37,422 nucleotides of DNA from an uncultured Thiotrichales bacterium. Its GTDB lineage: Bacteria; Pseudomonadota; Gammaproteobacteria; UBA4575. The DNA lies in NCBI GenBank assembly GCA_964468615.1, contig CAYXVH010000258.1, forward strand, positions 1-37,422. The letters run 5' to 3'. The notes beneath the pieces are model-generated. The model was not told where the DNA came from and did no database searches. It worked only from the letters and a program-made list of their open reading frames with translations. This document shows, one piece after another, positions 7,492 through 17,106 of this stretch (positions within the stretch are counted from its first letter, which is position 1; each line of letters opens with the position of its first letter). Position numbers and translations under genes: made by a program.

Positions 7492-9120
7492 CTACTTGTT
7501 CTTCAAAAATCCAGATGTAATCGGATAGCGTCGATCTTTACCGTAGGCTCGTGTGGTAATTTTAACTCCTGGCGGAGCTTGCCGTCTTTTATACTCGTTG
7601 CGCAACACCATCTGTATCACACGTCTTACGATTTCTTCTTCAAACCCATCCGCTATAATTTCTTCTAACGTATAGTCTAGCTCTACAAATTTTTCTAGAA
7701 TTGGATCTAAAATTTCGTAAGCCGGTAAACTATCTTGATCAACTTGATCGGGCGCAAGTTCTGCTGATGGCTCACGGGTTATCACACGCTCTGGGATAAC
7801 AGGTTTAATACTATTCCTAAAGTTAGCAAGCTCATACACAAGTGTTTTAGATACATCCTTAAGCGGAGCAAAACCACCCGCCATGTCCCCATACAAGGTT
7901 GCATAACCTACCGACATTTCACTTTTATTTCCCGTTGTAAGCAACATACTGCCGGTCTTATTCGAAATTGCCATTAGCAATACACCACGAATTCGTGATT
8001 GAATATTTTCTTCAGTTACATCATTAGACATGCCTGCAAATAATGGCTCAAGGCTTGCTGTAATTGCATTAAATGACAGCTCAATGAGAACCTCATCTAA
8101 CTTTACATTCGTTAAATTTGCTAATTGGCGAGCATCTTCGATACTTATGTCTGATGTGTAACGAAATGGCATCATTACAGCATGAACATTTTCAGCACCT
8201 AACGCATCCACAGCAATTGTAAGCGTTAATGCAGAATCAATTCCACCCGATAAACCGAGCACCACACTCTTGAACTGATTTTTTTCTACATAGTCTTTTA
8301 CACCTAATACTAGTGCTCGATAGATTGACGCATGCTTAGATAGTTCTGTGTATCTGCATTCACTTTCAATTAAATCACGCTTAGTTTTTGAGTACTGCAC
8401 ATTAAAAATTCCAGCCTCAAATGCTGGCGCTTGCAAACAGAGACTACTTTCTTTATTGAGGCACAAAGACTCACCATCAAACACTAGCTCATCTTGCCCA
8501 CCAATTTGATTGACATACACAATAGGTATTTTTTGCTCAGCAATACGCTGTCTCAAAACTTCTAAGCGCTGGCGAGTCTTATGAAATTGATAAGGGCTTG
8601 CATTAATATTTACAAGCAGTTCAGCACCAGCCTCTTTACTCTTTTTTATTGGCTCAGCAAACCAGATGTCTTCACATATTGTGATGCCGACTTGCACACC
8701 TTTAATATTAATAACACATGCATCATTACCTTGGTTAAAATAACGCTTCTCATCAAACACTTCGTAATTAGGTAGTTGATGCTTGTGGTATGTAGCATTA
8801 ATTTGTGAGTTATAGATAATCAGCGCAGAATTAAAAAGCTGCTCGTCTTCTTGGGTAGGTGCTCCCAACACAATATAAATCTCTTTAACTTCATTTTGTA
8901 TTTTATTTACAGCGACCTGAACACGCCTCATTAAGGAGCTGCGGAAAAGCAGGTCTTCAAGCGGATAACCAGTTATGGACAACTCAGTAAAGACGACTAT
9001 ATCGGCAGACTCTTCGTCACGCGCTTGCAATGCAGCATCAATGATTAGTTGCGCATTACCTTCTATATCACCAACTAAAAAATTAAGTTGCGCAAGCGCA
9101 ATATTAAGAGTGTCTTTCAT
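7492..9120 (-). CDS. nadE: Glutamine-dependent NAD+ synthetase
   Basis: 542-aa ORF with an N-terminal CN-hydrolase (glutaminase) domain and a C-terminal NAD synthetase domain carrying the SGGIDS PP-loop. Confidence 0.93.
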   Translation of the reverse strand: MKDTLNIALAQLNFLVGDIEGNAQLIIDAALQARDEESADIVVFTELSITGYPLEDLLFRSSLMRRVQVAVNKIQNEVKEIYIVLGAPTQEDEQLFNSALIIYNSQINATYHKHQLPNYEVFDEKRYFNQGNDACVINIKGVQVGITICEDIWFAEPIKKSKEAGAELLVNINASPYQFHKTRQRLEVLRQRIAEQKIPIVYVNQIGGQDELVFDGESLCLNKESSLCLQAPAFEAGIFNVQYSKTKRDLIESECRYTELSKHASIYRALVLGVKDYVEKNQFKSVVLGLSGGIDSALTLTIAVDALGAENVHAVMMPFRYTSDISIEDARQLANLTNVKLDEVLIELSFNAITASLEPLFAGMSNDVTEENIQSRIRGVLLMAISNKTGSMLLTTGNKSEMSVGYATLYGDMAGGFAPLKDVSKTLVYELANFRNSIKPVIPERVITREPSAELAPDQVDQDSLPAYEILDPILEKFVELDYTLEEIIADGFEEEIVRRVIQMVLRNEYKRRQAPPGVKITTRAYGKDRRYPITSGFLKNK

Positions 9121-9140
9121 AATGATTGATTTTTTTAAAA

Positions 9141-10013
9141 CTATACGCTTAAAAGACTACTCATTTGTTTACCGATTTCAGCGAGTGTTCTAACGGTAAC
9201 TACACCAGCGCTATCTAAGACTTGATATTTCTGCTCCGCAGTGCCTTTACCGCCACTAATGATTGCACCAGCATGTCCCATACGCTTACCAGGTGGTGCG
9301 GTAACTCCTGCGATATAGGCTACAACCGGTTTTGAAACTTTTTGCTGAATATATTCGGCCGCTTGTTCTTCTGATGTTCCACCAATCTCGCCCACCATAA
9401 TAATTCCATCCGTATCTTCATCTTCTTCAAACATTTTCAAGCAATCAATAAAATCCAATCCATGGATTGGATCACCACCAATACCTACACATGTTGATTG
9501 ACCTAGCCCATGTCGAGTTGTTTGATTAACCGCAACATAGGTAAGCGTACCTGAACGAGAGACAATGCCAATTTTACCAGGCCTATGTATTTCCCCAGGC
9601 ATAATGCCTATCTTGCACGCACCAGGAGTAATTATACCTGGACAATTTGGCCCAATTAAAATTGAATCACTAGCCTGTAATACGGCATTAACTTTCACCA
9701 TATCTAGAACTGCTATACCTTCGGTTATACAAACAATCAATTTAATACCAGCGAATATAGCTTCAAGTATTGCGTCAGCCGCAAAAGCTGCTGGCACATA
9801 AATAACACTTGCATCAATTTCATGTTCCGATAGAGCTGAACGGATAGTGTCGTATACAGGTATATTTAATTCTGTTGTACCGCCTTTGCCTGGCGTAACT
9901 CCCGCAACAACCTGAGTGCCATATTCAACAGCTTGTTTGGTATGAAAACTACCTTGCGCACCGGTAAGCCCTTGACACAACACCTTGGTATGTTTATTTA
10001 CAAGTATACTCAT
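9141..10013 (-). CDS. sucD: Succinyl-CoA synthetase subunit alpha
   Basis: 290-aa ORF with the conserved QGxTGxxG N-terminus, the GHAGA phosphohistidine loop and an SRSGTLTY motif. Confidence 0.96.
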   Translation of the reverse strand: MSILVNKHTKVLCQGLTGAQGSFHTKQAVEYGTQVVAGVTPGKGGTTELNIPVYDTIRSALSEHEIDASVIYVPAAFAADAILEAIFAGIKLIVCITEGIAVLDMVKVNAVLQASDSILIGPNCPGIITPGACKIGIMPGEIHRPGKIGIVSRSGTLTYVAVNQTTRHGLGQSTCVGIGGDPIHGLDFIDCLKMFEEDEDTDGIIMVGEIGGTSEEQAAEYIQQKVSKPVVAYIAGVTAPPGKRMGHAGAIISGGKGTAEQKYQVLDSAGVVTVRTLAEIGKQMSSLLSV

Positions 10014-10034
10014 ATTCTTTTGTATTCAAGCTTC

Positions 10035-11201
10035 CTATGCACTTGTTACAAGCGCAATGGCCTGCTTAGCGCCATCTGTAAGATTATCAACGGGAATTAT
10101 ATTAGGTGATTTATCTTCGAGTAATTTTTTACCCTCTTCTGCATTTGTTCCCTGCAACAAAACAACCACCGGAGTGTTTAAAGTCATTTCATTTAATGCA
10201 TCTAAAATACCTTGTGCAATCAAATCACAACGCACAATACCACCAAAAATATTTACAAAAATTGATTTGACCGACTTATCGCTAGAAACAAGTTTAAAGG
10301 CTTCAGCAACTTTCCCTTGCGATATACCACCACCAACATCCAGAAAATTCGCAGGCTCACCACCGTGATGTTTAACCAAATCCATAGTCGCCATAGCCAG
10401 TCCAGCACCATTAACTATACAACCTATATTTCCATCAAGCTTTATGTAATTTAAACCGAGTTTTTTTGCAGTAGCCTCTGCCTGATTTTGTTGCGAAGCA
10501 TCATAAAATTCCTGTAACTTTTGATGGCGGTAAAGCGCATTATCATCAAGGTTAATTTTTGCATCCAAGGCAATTAGGTCACCTTCCGCATTAACAATTA
10601 GAGGATTAATCTCAACAAGACTGCAATCGCAATCTACAAACAACTGATACAAACCTTGCATTATTGTTGCTAACTGTTGTATTTGGCTCTTCTCAAGCTG
10701 CAATGCATACCCAATATCTCGTACTTGATTTGGCTGCAGTCCAGTAGCAGGGTGAATAAGATGTGTAAAAATTTTCCCAGGCGTTTGCTCAGCAACGCGC
10801 TCAATATCCATACCGCCTTCTGCTGAGGTGATAATTGCAACCTGCTTGGAATCTCTATCGACCAGCATTGCTAGGTAAATTTCTCGCGTAATACTCGTAA
10901 GCTCCTCCAGAAGCACGGTGTTTACAGGCAATCCTTGCTCACCAGTTTGCTTAGTAACCAAGGTCTTCTCTAACATGCTTGTTACCGTAGAATCTAATTG
11001 GCCGGCATCTCTCACAATAACAACCCCACCTGCCTTGCCTCGCCCTCCTGCATGCACTTGCGCTTTCACGATCCAGGCTTGATCTTTAATAGTTTCACAA
11101 ATTGATTGAACATCATCATCCTGCTTAATTACCCGTGAAGACAAAATAGGGATTCCATAATCACCAAATAGTGCTTTGGCTTGGTACTCATGTATATTCA
11201 T
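10035..11201 (-). CDS. sucC: Succinyl-CoA synthetase subunit beta
   Basis: 388-aa ORF starting MNIHEYQAK, with an ATP-grasp domain and a ligase-CoA domain, directly upstream of sucD. Confidence 0.96.
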   Translation of the reverse strand: MNIHEYQAKALFGDYGIPILSSRVIKQDDDVQSICETIKDQAWIVKAQVHAGGRGKAGGVVIVRDAGQLDSTVTSMLEKTLVTKQTGEQGLPVNTVLLEELTSITREIYLAMLVDRDSKQVAIITSAEGGMDIERVAEQTPGKIFTHLIHPATGLQPNQVRDIGYALQLEKSQIQQLATIMQGLYQLFVDCDCSLVEINPLIVNAEGDLIALDAKINLDDNALYRHQKLQEFYDASQQNQAEATAKKLGLNYIKLDGNIGCIVNGAGLAMATMDLVKHHGGEPANFLDVGGGISQGKVAEAFKLVSSDKSVKSIFVNIFGGIVRCDLIAQGILDALNEMTLNTPVVVLLQGTNAEEGKKLLEDKSPNIIPVDNLTDGAKQAIALVTSA

Positions 11202-11346
11202 AATTAATCTATGCTAATAAGCCTTTGCCGTTAAATTGCTGCATTATACTGATGAATTCAATCCCATATACAAGTTAAACTGAGTTATGCTCGTCCTCCA
11301 AACAAAGTAATTTTATTCATTAAGGTTAATTTTACTTAATTCAATT

Positions 11347-12969
11347 ATGAGCAATTTTTTTGAAGAAAAAACCATTCAACAATGGTCAGCTCTAAGGCTA
11401 TTTTCTCTTTACCGTCTCACGATATCCGTCATTTTTTTTGGTCTCAGCCTATTTGCAGACAAAAACAGATTCCTAGCATCACTAGATCCTAACTTTCTTA
11501 AGTGGGCGAGTGGATGCTATGTGTTATTCGCAATAATCGCACTCATATGTGCGTATTTCAGGTGGCTGCCGTATAGGCTTCAAGTATATTTTTCTATCAT
11601 AATTGATATCGCTACCACTGTTACGTTGATGCATCTATATGGAGGCGTTACCAGTGGCTTTGGCACACTTTTGATTGCTGTGGTTGCCGGCGGCAGTCTG
11701 TTATTACCCGGTAGATCCGCACTTCTTTTTGCAGCACTAGCGACATTAGCGATTCTAAGTCATGAGATTTATGCACACTTGTACGGAAATTTTGAAAAAA
11801 CAGCTTACACACAAGCTGGGTTACTAGGAGCAGCATTATTTGCAACTGCATTGTTGGCGATCACTCTTGCACATCGCGCAACGGAAAGCGCAAAACTTGC
11901 AGCGCAACGCGGCGTTGATTTAGCTAACTTGGCAAAACTAAATGAACACTTAATCAATAGGATGGAATCTGGAATTATGGTGCTAGATGATGACAGCACT
12001 ATCCGAATGCATAATCATGCTGCTTGGAAATTATTAAACCAACCTGAAATTAGCGAACAGACTAAACTTTTAGATATTTCTGTACCTTTGTATGATTTAT
12101 ATAAATCCTGGAATAAAGCAGCTGAAAACCCTGCCTTTAGAAATCACCTAGGGAAACTGAAACGTGCAAATAAAGCAGATTTACAGGTACGAATTGCACC
12201 AGTGGGTTTAAGAAAACACGATCGAGGATCAGTTATTTATCTAAATGACAATACTGAAATAGACAAACAAGTTCAGGAAACCAAACTAGCTTCATTAGGA
12301 AGACTAACCGCCAGTATTGCACATGAGATCAGAAATCCTTTAGGCGCGATTAGTCACGCAGCGCAGCTATTAGACGAATCATCTGAGTTACATAAGGCCG
12401 ATAAACGTCTCGCTACTATTATTCAAGATCAATCAATACGATTAAACAACATTATCAATAATGTTCTACGTTTATCAAGACGAGAAAAATCAAAACCTGA
12501 AAAAATAGACCTAGACACTTGGTTGCGAAAATTTATTGAGGAGTTCATTCGTACAAACAACATAGATGAAGATTGGATATCATTAAAAATCACCCCTGCA
12601 GATGCAACCGTTTTGATGGACCCTAACAATCTGCACCAGATATTATGGAATTTATGCAAAAATGCAAAAAAATATGGTGTAGTACAGGACAATGATGTTC
12701 GTATCCAACTATTAGCAAACAGCAGTCATCCTGAATCAGCGCCTTATCTGGATATCATCGACAGTGGCCCGGGAATCAACATGGATCAACAAAGCCAGTT
12801 ATTTGAGCCATTCTTCACTACCAGCGATACAGGTACAGGCCTTGGATTGTACCTTTCACGCGAATTATGCAAGAACAATGGAGGAAATTTGCGTTATATT
12901 CATCTCCCAGAGGGTGGCAGTTGCTTTAGAATTGAATTCCCGTCACCCACTAATTTTGGAGAGTCCTAG
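11347..12969 (+). CDS. pilS: Sensor histidine kinase PilS
   Basis: 540-aa ORF with a multi-TM hydrophobic N-terminus (about 6 helices), a PAS-like linker, the H-box SIAHEIRNPL and a HATPase_c domain with a GTGLGL G-box. It is directly upstream of pilR and pilA. Confidence 0.85.
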   Translation: MSNFFEEKTIQQWSALRLFSLYRLTISVIFFGLSLFADKNRFLASLDPNFLKWASGCYVLFAIIALICAYFRWLPYRLQVYFSIIIDIATTVTLMHLYGGVTSGFGTLLIAVVAGGSLLLPGRSALLFAALATLAILSHEIYAHLYGNFEKTAYTQAGLLGAALFATALLAITLAHRATESAKLAAQRGVDLANLAKLNEHLINRMESGIMVLDDDSTIRMHNHAAWKLLNQPEISEQTKLLDISVPLYDLYKSWNKAAENPAFRNHLGKLKRANKADLQVRIAPVGLRKHDRGSVIYLNDNTEIDKQVQETKLASLGRLTASIAHEIRNPLGAISHAAQLLDESSELHKADKRLATIIQDQSIRLNNIINNVLRLSRREKSKPEKIDLDTWLRKFIEEFIRTNNIDEDWISLKITPADATVLMDPNNLHQILWNLCKNAKKYGVVQDNDVRIQLLANSSHPESAPYLDIIDSGPGINMDQQSQLFEPFFTTSDTGTGLGLYLSRELCKNNGGNLRYIHLPEGGSCFRIEFPSPTNFGES

Positions 12970-12971
12970 TC

Positions 12972-14333
12972 TTGAAAAATGTATTAGTCGTTGATGACGA
13001 GCCTGATATTCGAGAACTGTTAGAAATTACCCTCAGCCGCATGAATCTAGATTCTCATGCCGCTGCAAATGTGCGTGAAGCAAAATCCTTATTAGAAAGC
13101 GAGCAGTTTGACCTATGCCTTACCGACATGAAATTACCTGACGGTACCGGCATTGAATTAGTCGAACATATTCAAGAACAATTTCCTCATATCCCTGTTG
13201 CCGTGATTACTGCATTCGGCAGCATGGACGCAGCTATCAAGGCTTTAAAAGCCGGAGCATTTGATTTTGTCTCCAAACCCATTGACTTAAACATGCTGCG
13301 CGGCCTTGTCGATAGCGCATTAAAAGTTGCTAGCACTCCTATTGATAAGACAATTGATAGCGGAACCAAGCCATCGCAAAAACTACTTGGTGAATCTGAG
13401 GCGATGCTGGCGTTGCGCCAAAAAATCGATAAATTAGCCCGCAGTCAAGCACCCGTTTATCTAAGAGGTGAATCAGGTGTAGGCAAAGAACTCGTTGCAA
13501 CTCAAATACATCAACAAGGTCCACGCGCAAATGCAAGTTTTGTCCCGGTAAACTGTGGCGCGATCCCCACTGAGCTTATGGAAAGTGAATTTTTTGGACA
13601 TCTAAAAGGCAGTTTCACCGGTGCAGTCAGCGACAAAGAGGGCTTGTTTCAAGCTGCTCACGGGGGAACCTTATTCTTAGATGAAATAGCCGAATTACCT
13701 ATCCATATGCAAGTTAAATTACTACGCGCAATTCAGGAAAAAGCCATCAAACCGATCGGTGGACAAAAAGAAATACCTGTAGATATTCGTTTACTAAGCG
13801 CGACCCATAAAGATCTAGCAGCAGAAGTTGAGGCAGGAAATTTTCGACAAGATTTATATTACCGTATCAATGTTATCGAATTAAATATTCCCCCATTACG
13901 TGAACGCATTACCGATTTACCTATTCTCGCAAATTTTATGTTGAGTAGAGTTTCTGGAAATAATGACAATGTATATAGCCTCTCTGATGATGCTATAGAT
14001 AAACTCAAAACCTATCCTTTCCCTGGTAATATTCGTGAACTAGAGAATATTTTAGAACGTGCAGCGACATTGTGTGATGGTAACCAAATTTCTGCAAATG
14101 ACCTTGATCTGCCAGATGCAAAAATCATTTCGCCATCAGATCAATCTGATCCTGACGAGTCATCTATTTCACTCTCCGTTGATCAACTCGAAGATTATTT
14201 GATTCAAAAAGAGCGCAAGGCAATCGTTGCAGCTCTAGAACAGACTCGTTGGAATAAAACTGCTGCAGCTAAACTGCTTGGCATAACATTCAGACAACTA
14301 CGTTATCGACTCCAAAAGCTTGAGTTAGAATAA
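12972..14333 (+). CDS. pilR: Sigma54-dependent response regulator PilR (NtrC family)
   Basis: 453-aa ORF with a TTG start 2 nt after the pilS stop. It has a receiver domain (DDEPDIRELL...D), an AAA+ sigma54-interaction domain (GESGVGKE, GAFTGA-like GSFTGA, ESEFFGH) and a C-terminal Fis-type HTH. Confidence 0.9.
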   Translation: MKNVLVVDDEPDIRELLEITLSRMNLDSHAAANVREAKSLLESEQFDLCLTDMKLPDGTGIELVEHIQEQFPHIPVAVITAFGSMDAAIKALKAGAFDFVSKPIDLNMLRGLVDSALKVASTPIDKTIDSGTKPSQKLLGESEAMLALRQKIDKLARSQAPVYLRGESGVGKELVATQIHQQGPRANASFVPVNCGAIPTELMESEFFGHLKGSFTGAVSDKEGLFQAAHGGTLFLDEIAELPIHMQVKLLRAIQEKAIKPIGGQKEIPVDIRLLSATHKDLAAEVEAGNFRQDLYYRINVIELNIPPLRERITDLPILANFMLSRVSGNNDNVYSLSDDAIDKLKTYPFPGNIRELENILERAATLCDGNQISANDLDLPDAKIISPSDQSDPDESSISLSVDQLEDYLIQKERKAIVAALEQTRWNKTAAAKLLGITFRQLRYRLQKLELE

Positions 14334-14348
14334 GCATCAGACACTAGC

Positions 14349-14363
14349 TGACAAAAATTGTCA
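14349..14363. promoter_or_regulatory. Candidate PilR upstream activating site (palindrome TGACAAAAATTGTCA)
   Basis: Two perfect 6-bp arms (TGACAA/TTGTCA) around AAA, about 120-135 nt upstream of the candidate -24/-12 element. Additional GACA/ACAC half-sites flank it. As I recall, reported P. aeruginosa PilR sites contain a TGTC core. Confidence 0.35.
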
Positions 14364-14481
14364 CTCTTGAACACTTAACTCCGGCTAAACGTCATAAAAT
14401 GCCGCTTATCTCTTAAGAGCTTCAAATTAGGCATAATTCGAACATACTGTTTTTATTAGAGTTATTCAGCTAAGACCTTAT

Positions 14482-14497
14482 TGGCATGATATCTGTA
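14482..14497 (+). promoter_or_regulatory. Candidate sigma54 -24/-12 promoter for pilA
   Basis: TGGCATgatatCTGTA versus the consensus TGGCAC-N5-TTGCA. GG and the -12 G are correctly spaced, but the -12 C is replaced by T. It implies a 5' UTR of about 125 nt before the pilA ATG. A PilR activator is encoded immediately upstream. Confidence 0.35.
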
Positions 14498-14634
14498 TAT
14501 ATTTTAACTAAGGTTGCTTTGGCAATCACCAGTATTTCCGGAGTTGGAGTCGTTAAAAAACTTCTAGCAAGGACAGCTGGAACTTTAACGTACAACTTAA
14601 TATTTTTAATTTTTAATGAGGATAGGAGATTCCC

Positions 14635-15081
14635 ATGAAAAAAACACAACAAGGTTTTACCTTAATCGAACTCATGATCGTTGTAGCGATCATCGGTATT
14701 CTTGCAGCGATTGCTATTCCTGCTTATCAGGATTACACCATTCGCGCGAAAGTATCTGAAGCGGTTTTAGCTGCAGCACCTGCAAAAACTTCAATTTCAG
14801 AATTTTTCATCTCAAATGATTCAATGCCTGCTGATGAAGCTGAAGCTGGATTTTCTCCAAATATGGATACTAAATACGTAAACTCTGTAACACTTGCTGC
14901 AACGACTGCTACAACTGCTACCTTACGTGTATCAATTAAAGATCTTGGCGGCACAACAGCCAACGACCAAGAGCTTGAATTGTTTGGCCAAGAAAACAAC
15001 GCAGCTGTTGAATGGGATTGCAGAACATCAGGTGGTACACCGATTCCTGCTAAGTATTTACCTGCAGACTGCAGAAACTAA
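14635..15081 (+). CDS. pilA: Type IVa major pilin
   Basis: The start [32 protein letters not shown] has a short class III leader, a Gly-Phe cleavage site and Glu5. The C-terminal Cys129...Cys146 pair forms the disulfide loop. A GGAG SD precedes the ATG. Confidence 0.93.
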   Translation: MKKTQQGFTLIELMIVVAIIGILAAIAIPAYQDYTIRAKVSEAVLAAAPAKTSISEFFISNDSMPADEAEAGFSPNMDTKYVNSVTLAATTATTATLRVSIKDLGGTTANDQELELFGQENNAAVEWDCRTSGGTPIPAKYLPADCRN

Positions 15082-15114
15082 ATCTATAGTTTAATCTACT
15101 ATATTTTTATTAAA

Positions 15115-15147
15115 AACGCTCCACGATTTCGTGGGGCGTTTTTTTTT
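15115..15147 (+). terminator. Rho-independent terminator of pilA
   Basis: AACGCTCCACG (15115-15125) pairs with CGTGGGGCGTT (15130-15140), giving an 11-bp stem with one G.U, a 4-nt loop and a run of 9 T (15139-15147). Confidence 0.85.
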
Positions 15148-15153
15148 GCATAG

Positions 15154-17106
15154 ATGACTATTTCTAATCGACTATTCTTTTTTATTGTTGCTATTTTTTG
15201 TAGCCTTACTGTTGGGCTTTACTATCCTGGCCTCAACGGTAATTTTCATTTTGATGACTACCCAAATATCGTAAATAATTTCAGATTACATTTAGACTCA
15301 CTGCATCCTACAGCGATATGGGAAGCCACATGGAGCGGCATTACTGGTAATTTAAAGCGGCCTATTTCAGTTTTATCCTTCTCTTTAAACACATATTTTA
15401 CTGGCCTTGATGCAGGCCCTATGAAAATTACCAATCTTCTAATACATCTATTATGCGGCATTGGAATCACACTTCTATCAAAACTATTAATACAAAACTG
15501 GTTCAATAATAAAGAAACATCAAAAGTAAATTTAATTAGCTTAGTCATTGGAGCTATTTGGCTAACACATCCAATTCAGTTGACAAGTGTTCTGTATATA
15601 ACACAAAGAATGACTAGCCTTGCTAGCTTGTTTTCAATATGCGCAATAATTTCTTATTGCATAGCGCGAAAAAAGTTTTTATCAGAGAATAGTAAGTGGT
15701 ATTACTTCATTCCTGTAGTCGTACTCGGAATATTATCAATACTAAGCAAAGAAATTGGAGTGCTTATTCCACTATTTTTACTATGCATAGAAATATTTGT
15801 ATATAAATTTAAATGTTACTCGAAAAAAGATACAAAAATATTGTGCGTACTATACTTACTAGTAATTGCAGTCCCTGCATTAATGCTGGCAAGTAATTTA
15901 ATTACTCAACCCGAAAGAATACTCAAATACAGTTTACGAGAATTTACACTTTGGGAAAGACTGCTAACAGAAACTAGAGTGGTTACGGAATATCTAAAAA
16001 CTATAATTTCTCCAAATATATCTGAGCTTGGTTTACTCAAAGATAACACTGAAATATCTAAGTCCTTGTTTCAACCTTCTAGTACACTTTTTTCTACCGT
16101 ATTACTATTAATCTTAATCATTCTTTCTGCACTCTCATATAAGAAATACCCTTATATTGGTTTTGGTATCATGTGGTTCTTAATTGGCCATTCATTAGAA
16201 TCTACAATCTTCCCACTAGAACTTAAATTTGAACATAGAAATTATCTACCTTCTTTTGGAATAATATTTACAATTGTAGTTGCTCTGAATACATTTTTTA
16301 GCAAAAACAACAAATTAAAATACGCCTATATATTATTTTCGCTTTGGCTAATAGCGCTTTCGACTGTAACATTTATGCGCGCTACTCAATGGAAAAACGA
16401 ATATACACTCGCATTATATGACGTGGAACGTAACCCTAACTCTCCTCGAGCAAATATAATAATGGGGTCAATCTATCAATCGGTTTATGGCTATACAAAA
16501 GAATCAAAACTCAAAGATGAACTTTATAAAGAAGGAATTATTTACTTTCAAAATGCTGAGATATTGCGACCCAACTCCATCACTCCTTTACTTGCAAAAT
16601 CAATATTCGCCTGTGAACACTTAAATCAAATACCCAAACAAGATCTTCAGCAAATTAAGTTAAAAATAAAATCCAGCACACTTGACTCAGAACCACAAAA
16701 TGCAATTACCCTTCTTAGTAAAAACGTAATTGATGGAAAATGTAATATCCCCAGAATGGATTTTTTACAAATTATGTATGCTGCGCTACTAAACCCTAGC
16801 CTTAAAGGAAAGCATAGAGCACAAGTACTGGCAAATTTATCTGGTTACTATGGAGCAGTAGTTAGAGACATCGACACAGCAGTTGACCTTTTACAGGAAG
16901 CTGTGACCGAAACTTCAGCCAACATGGTATATAAAATTGAATTATCAAAACTCATGTTGATTAATGGCGAATACGAAGACTCGCTAAGTTTAATAAATAA
17001 TTTGAAAAAGATTGACAAATACGGAACATATAGCAAAACTATTAATGAAGCCCTTGAATTTATCGAAACCTATAAAGATTCATTTTCCAGCGAGATTTCA
17101 AATTGA
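15154..17106 (+). CDS. GT-C fold membrane glycosyltransferase with C-terminal TPR-like domain (TMTC/PMT-like; TfpW-like by position)
   Basis: 650-aa ORF. An N-terminal TM helix is followed by the loop motifs FHFDDYPNIVNN and RPISVLSFSLN, then about 10 further hydrophobic segments. The soluble C-terminal part of about 250 aa is helical-repeat/TPR-like. It lies immediately downstream of pilA. Confidence 0.7.
   Translation: MTISNRLFFFIVAIFCSLTVGLYYPGLNGNFHFDDYPNIVNNFRLHLDSLHPTAIWEATWSGITGNLKRPISVLSFSLNTYFTGLDAGPMKITNLLIHLLCGIGITLLSKLLIQNWFNNKETSKVNLISLVIGAIWLTHPIQLTSVLYITQRMTSLASLFSICAIISYCIARKKFLSENSKWYYFIPVVVLGILSILSKEIGVLIPLFLLCIEIFVYKFKCYSKKDTKILCVLYLLVIAVPALMLASNLITQPERILKYSLREFTLWERLLTETRVVTEYLKTIISPNISELGLLKDNTEISKSLFQPSSTLFSTVLLLILIILSALSYKKYPYIGFGIMWFLIGHSLESTIFPLELKFEHRNYLPSFGIIFTIVVALNTFFSKNNKLKYAYILFSLWLIALSTVTFMRATQWKNEYTLALYDVERNPNSPRANIIMGSIYQSVYGYTKESKLKDELYKEGIIYFQNAEILRPNSITPLLAKSIFACEHLNQIPKQDLQQIKLKIKSSTLDSEPQNAITLLSKNVIDGKCNIPRMDFLQIMYAALLNPSLKGKHRAQVLANLSGYYGAVVRDIDTAVDLLQEAVTETSANMVYKIELSKLMLINGEYEDSLSLINNLKKIDKYGTYSKTINEALEFIETYKDSFSSEISN

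Noticed and set aside
14470-14652. 60-aa minus-strand ORF across the pilA promoter and start
   Set aside because: It overlaps the pilA RBS and start codon antisense, is AT-rich random-looking sequence and has no SD.
15082-15153. A tRNA gene or att-like direct repeats at the island borders (15082-15153 and 29923-30508)
   Set aside because: No cloverleaf-compatible sequence or GGTTCGAATCC-like T-arm was seen. The only shared string is an 8-mer (ATCTATA-containing), which is not significant.
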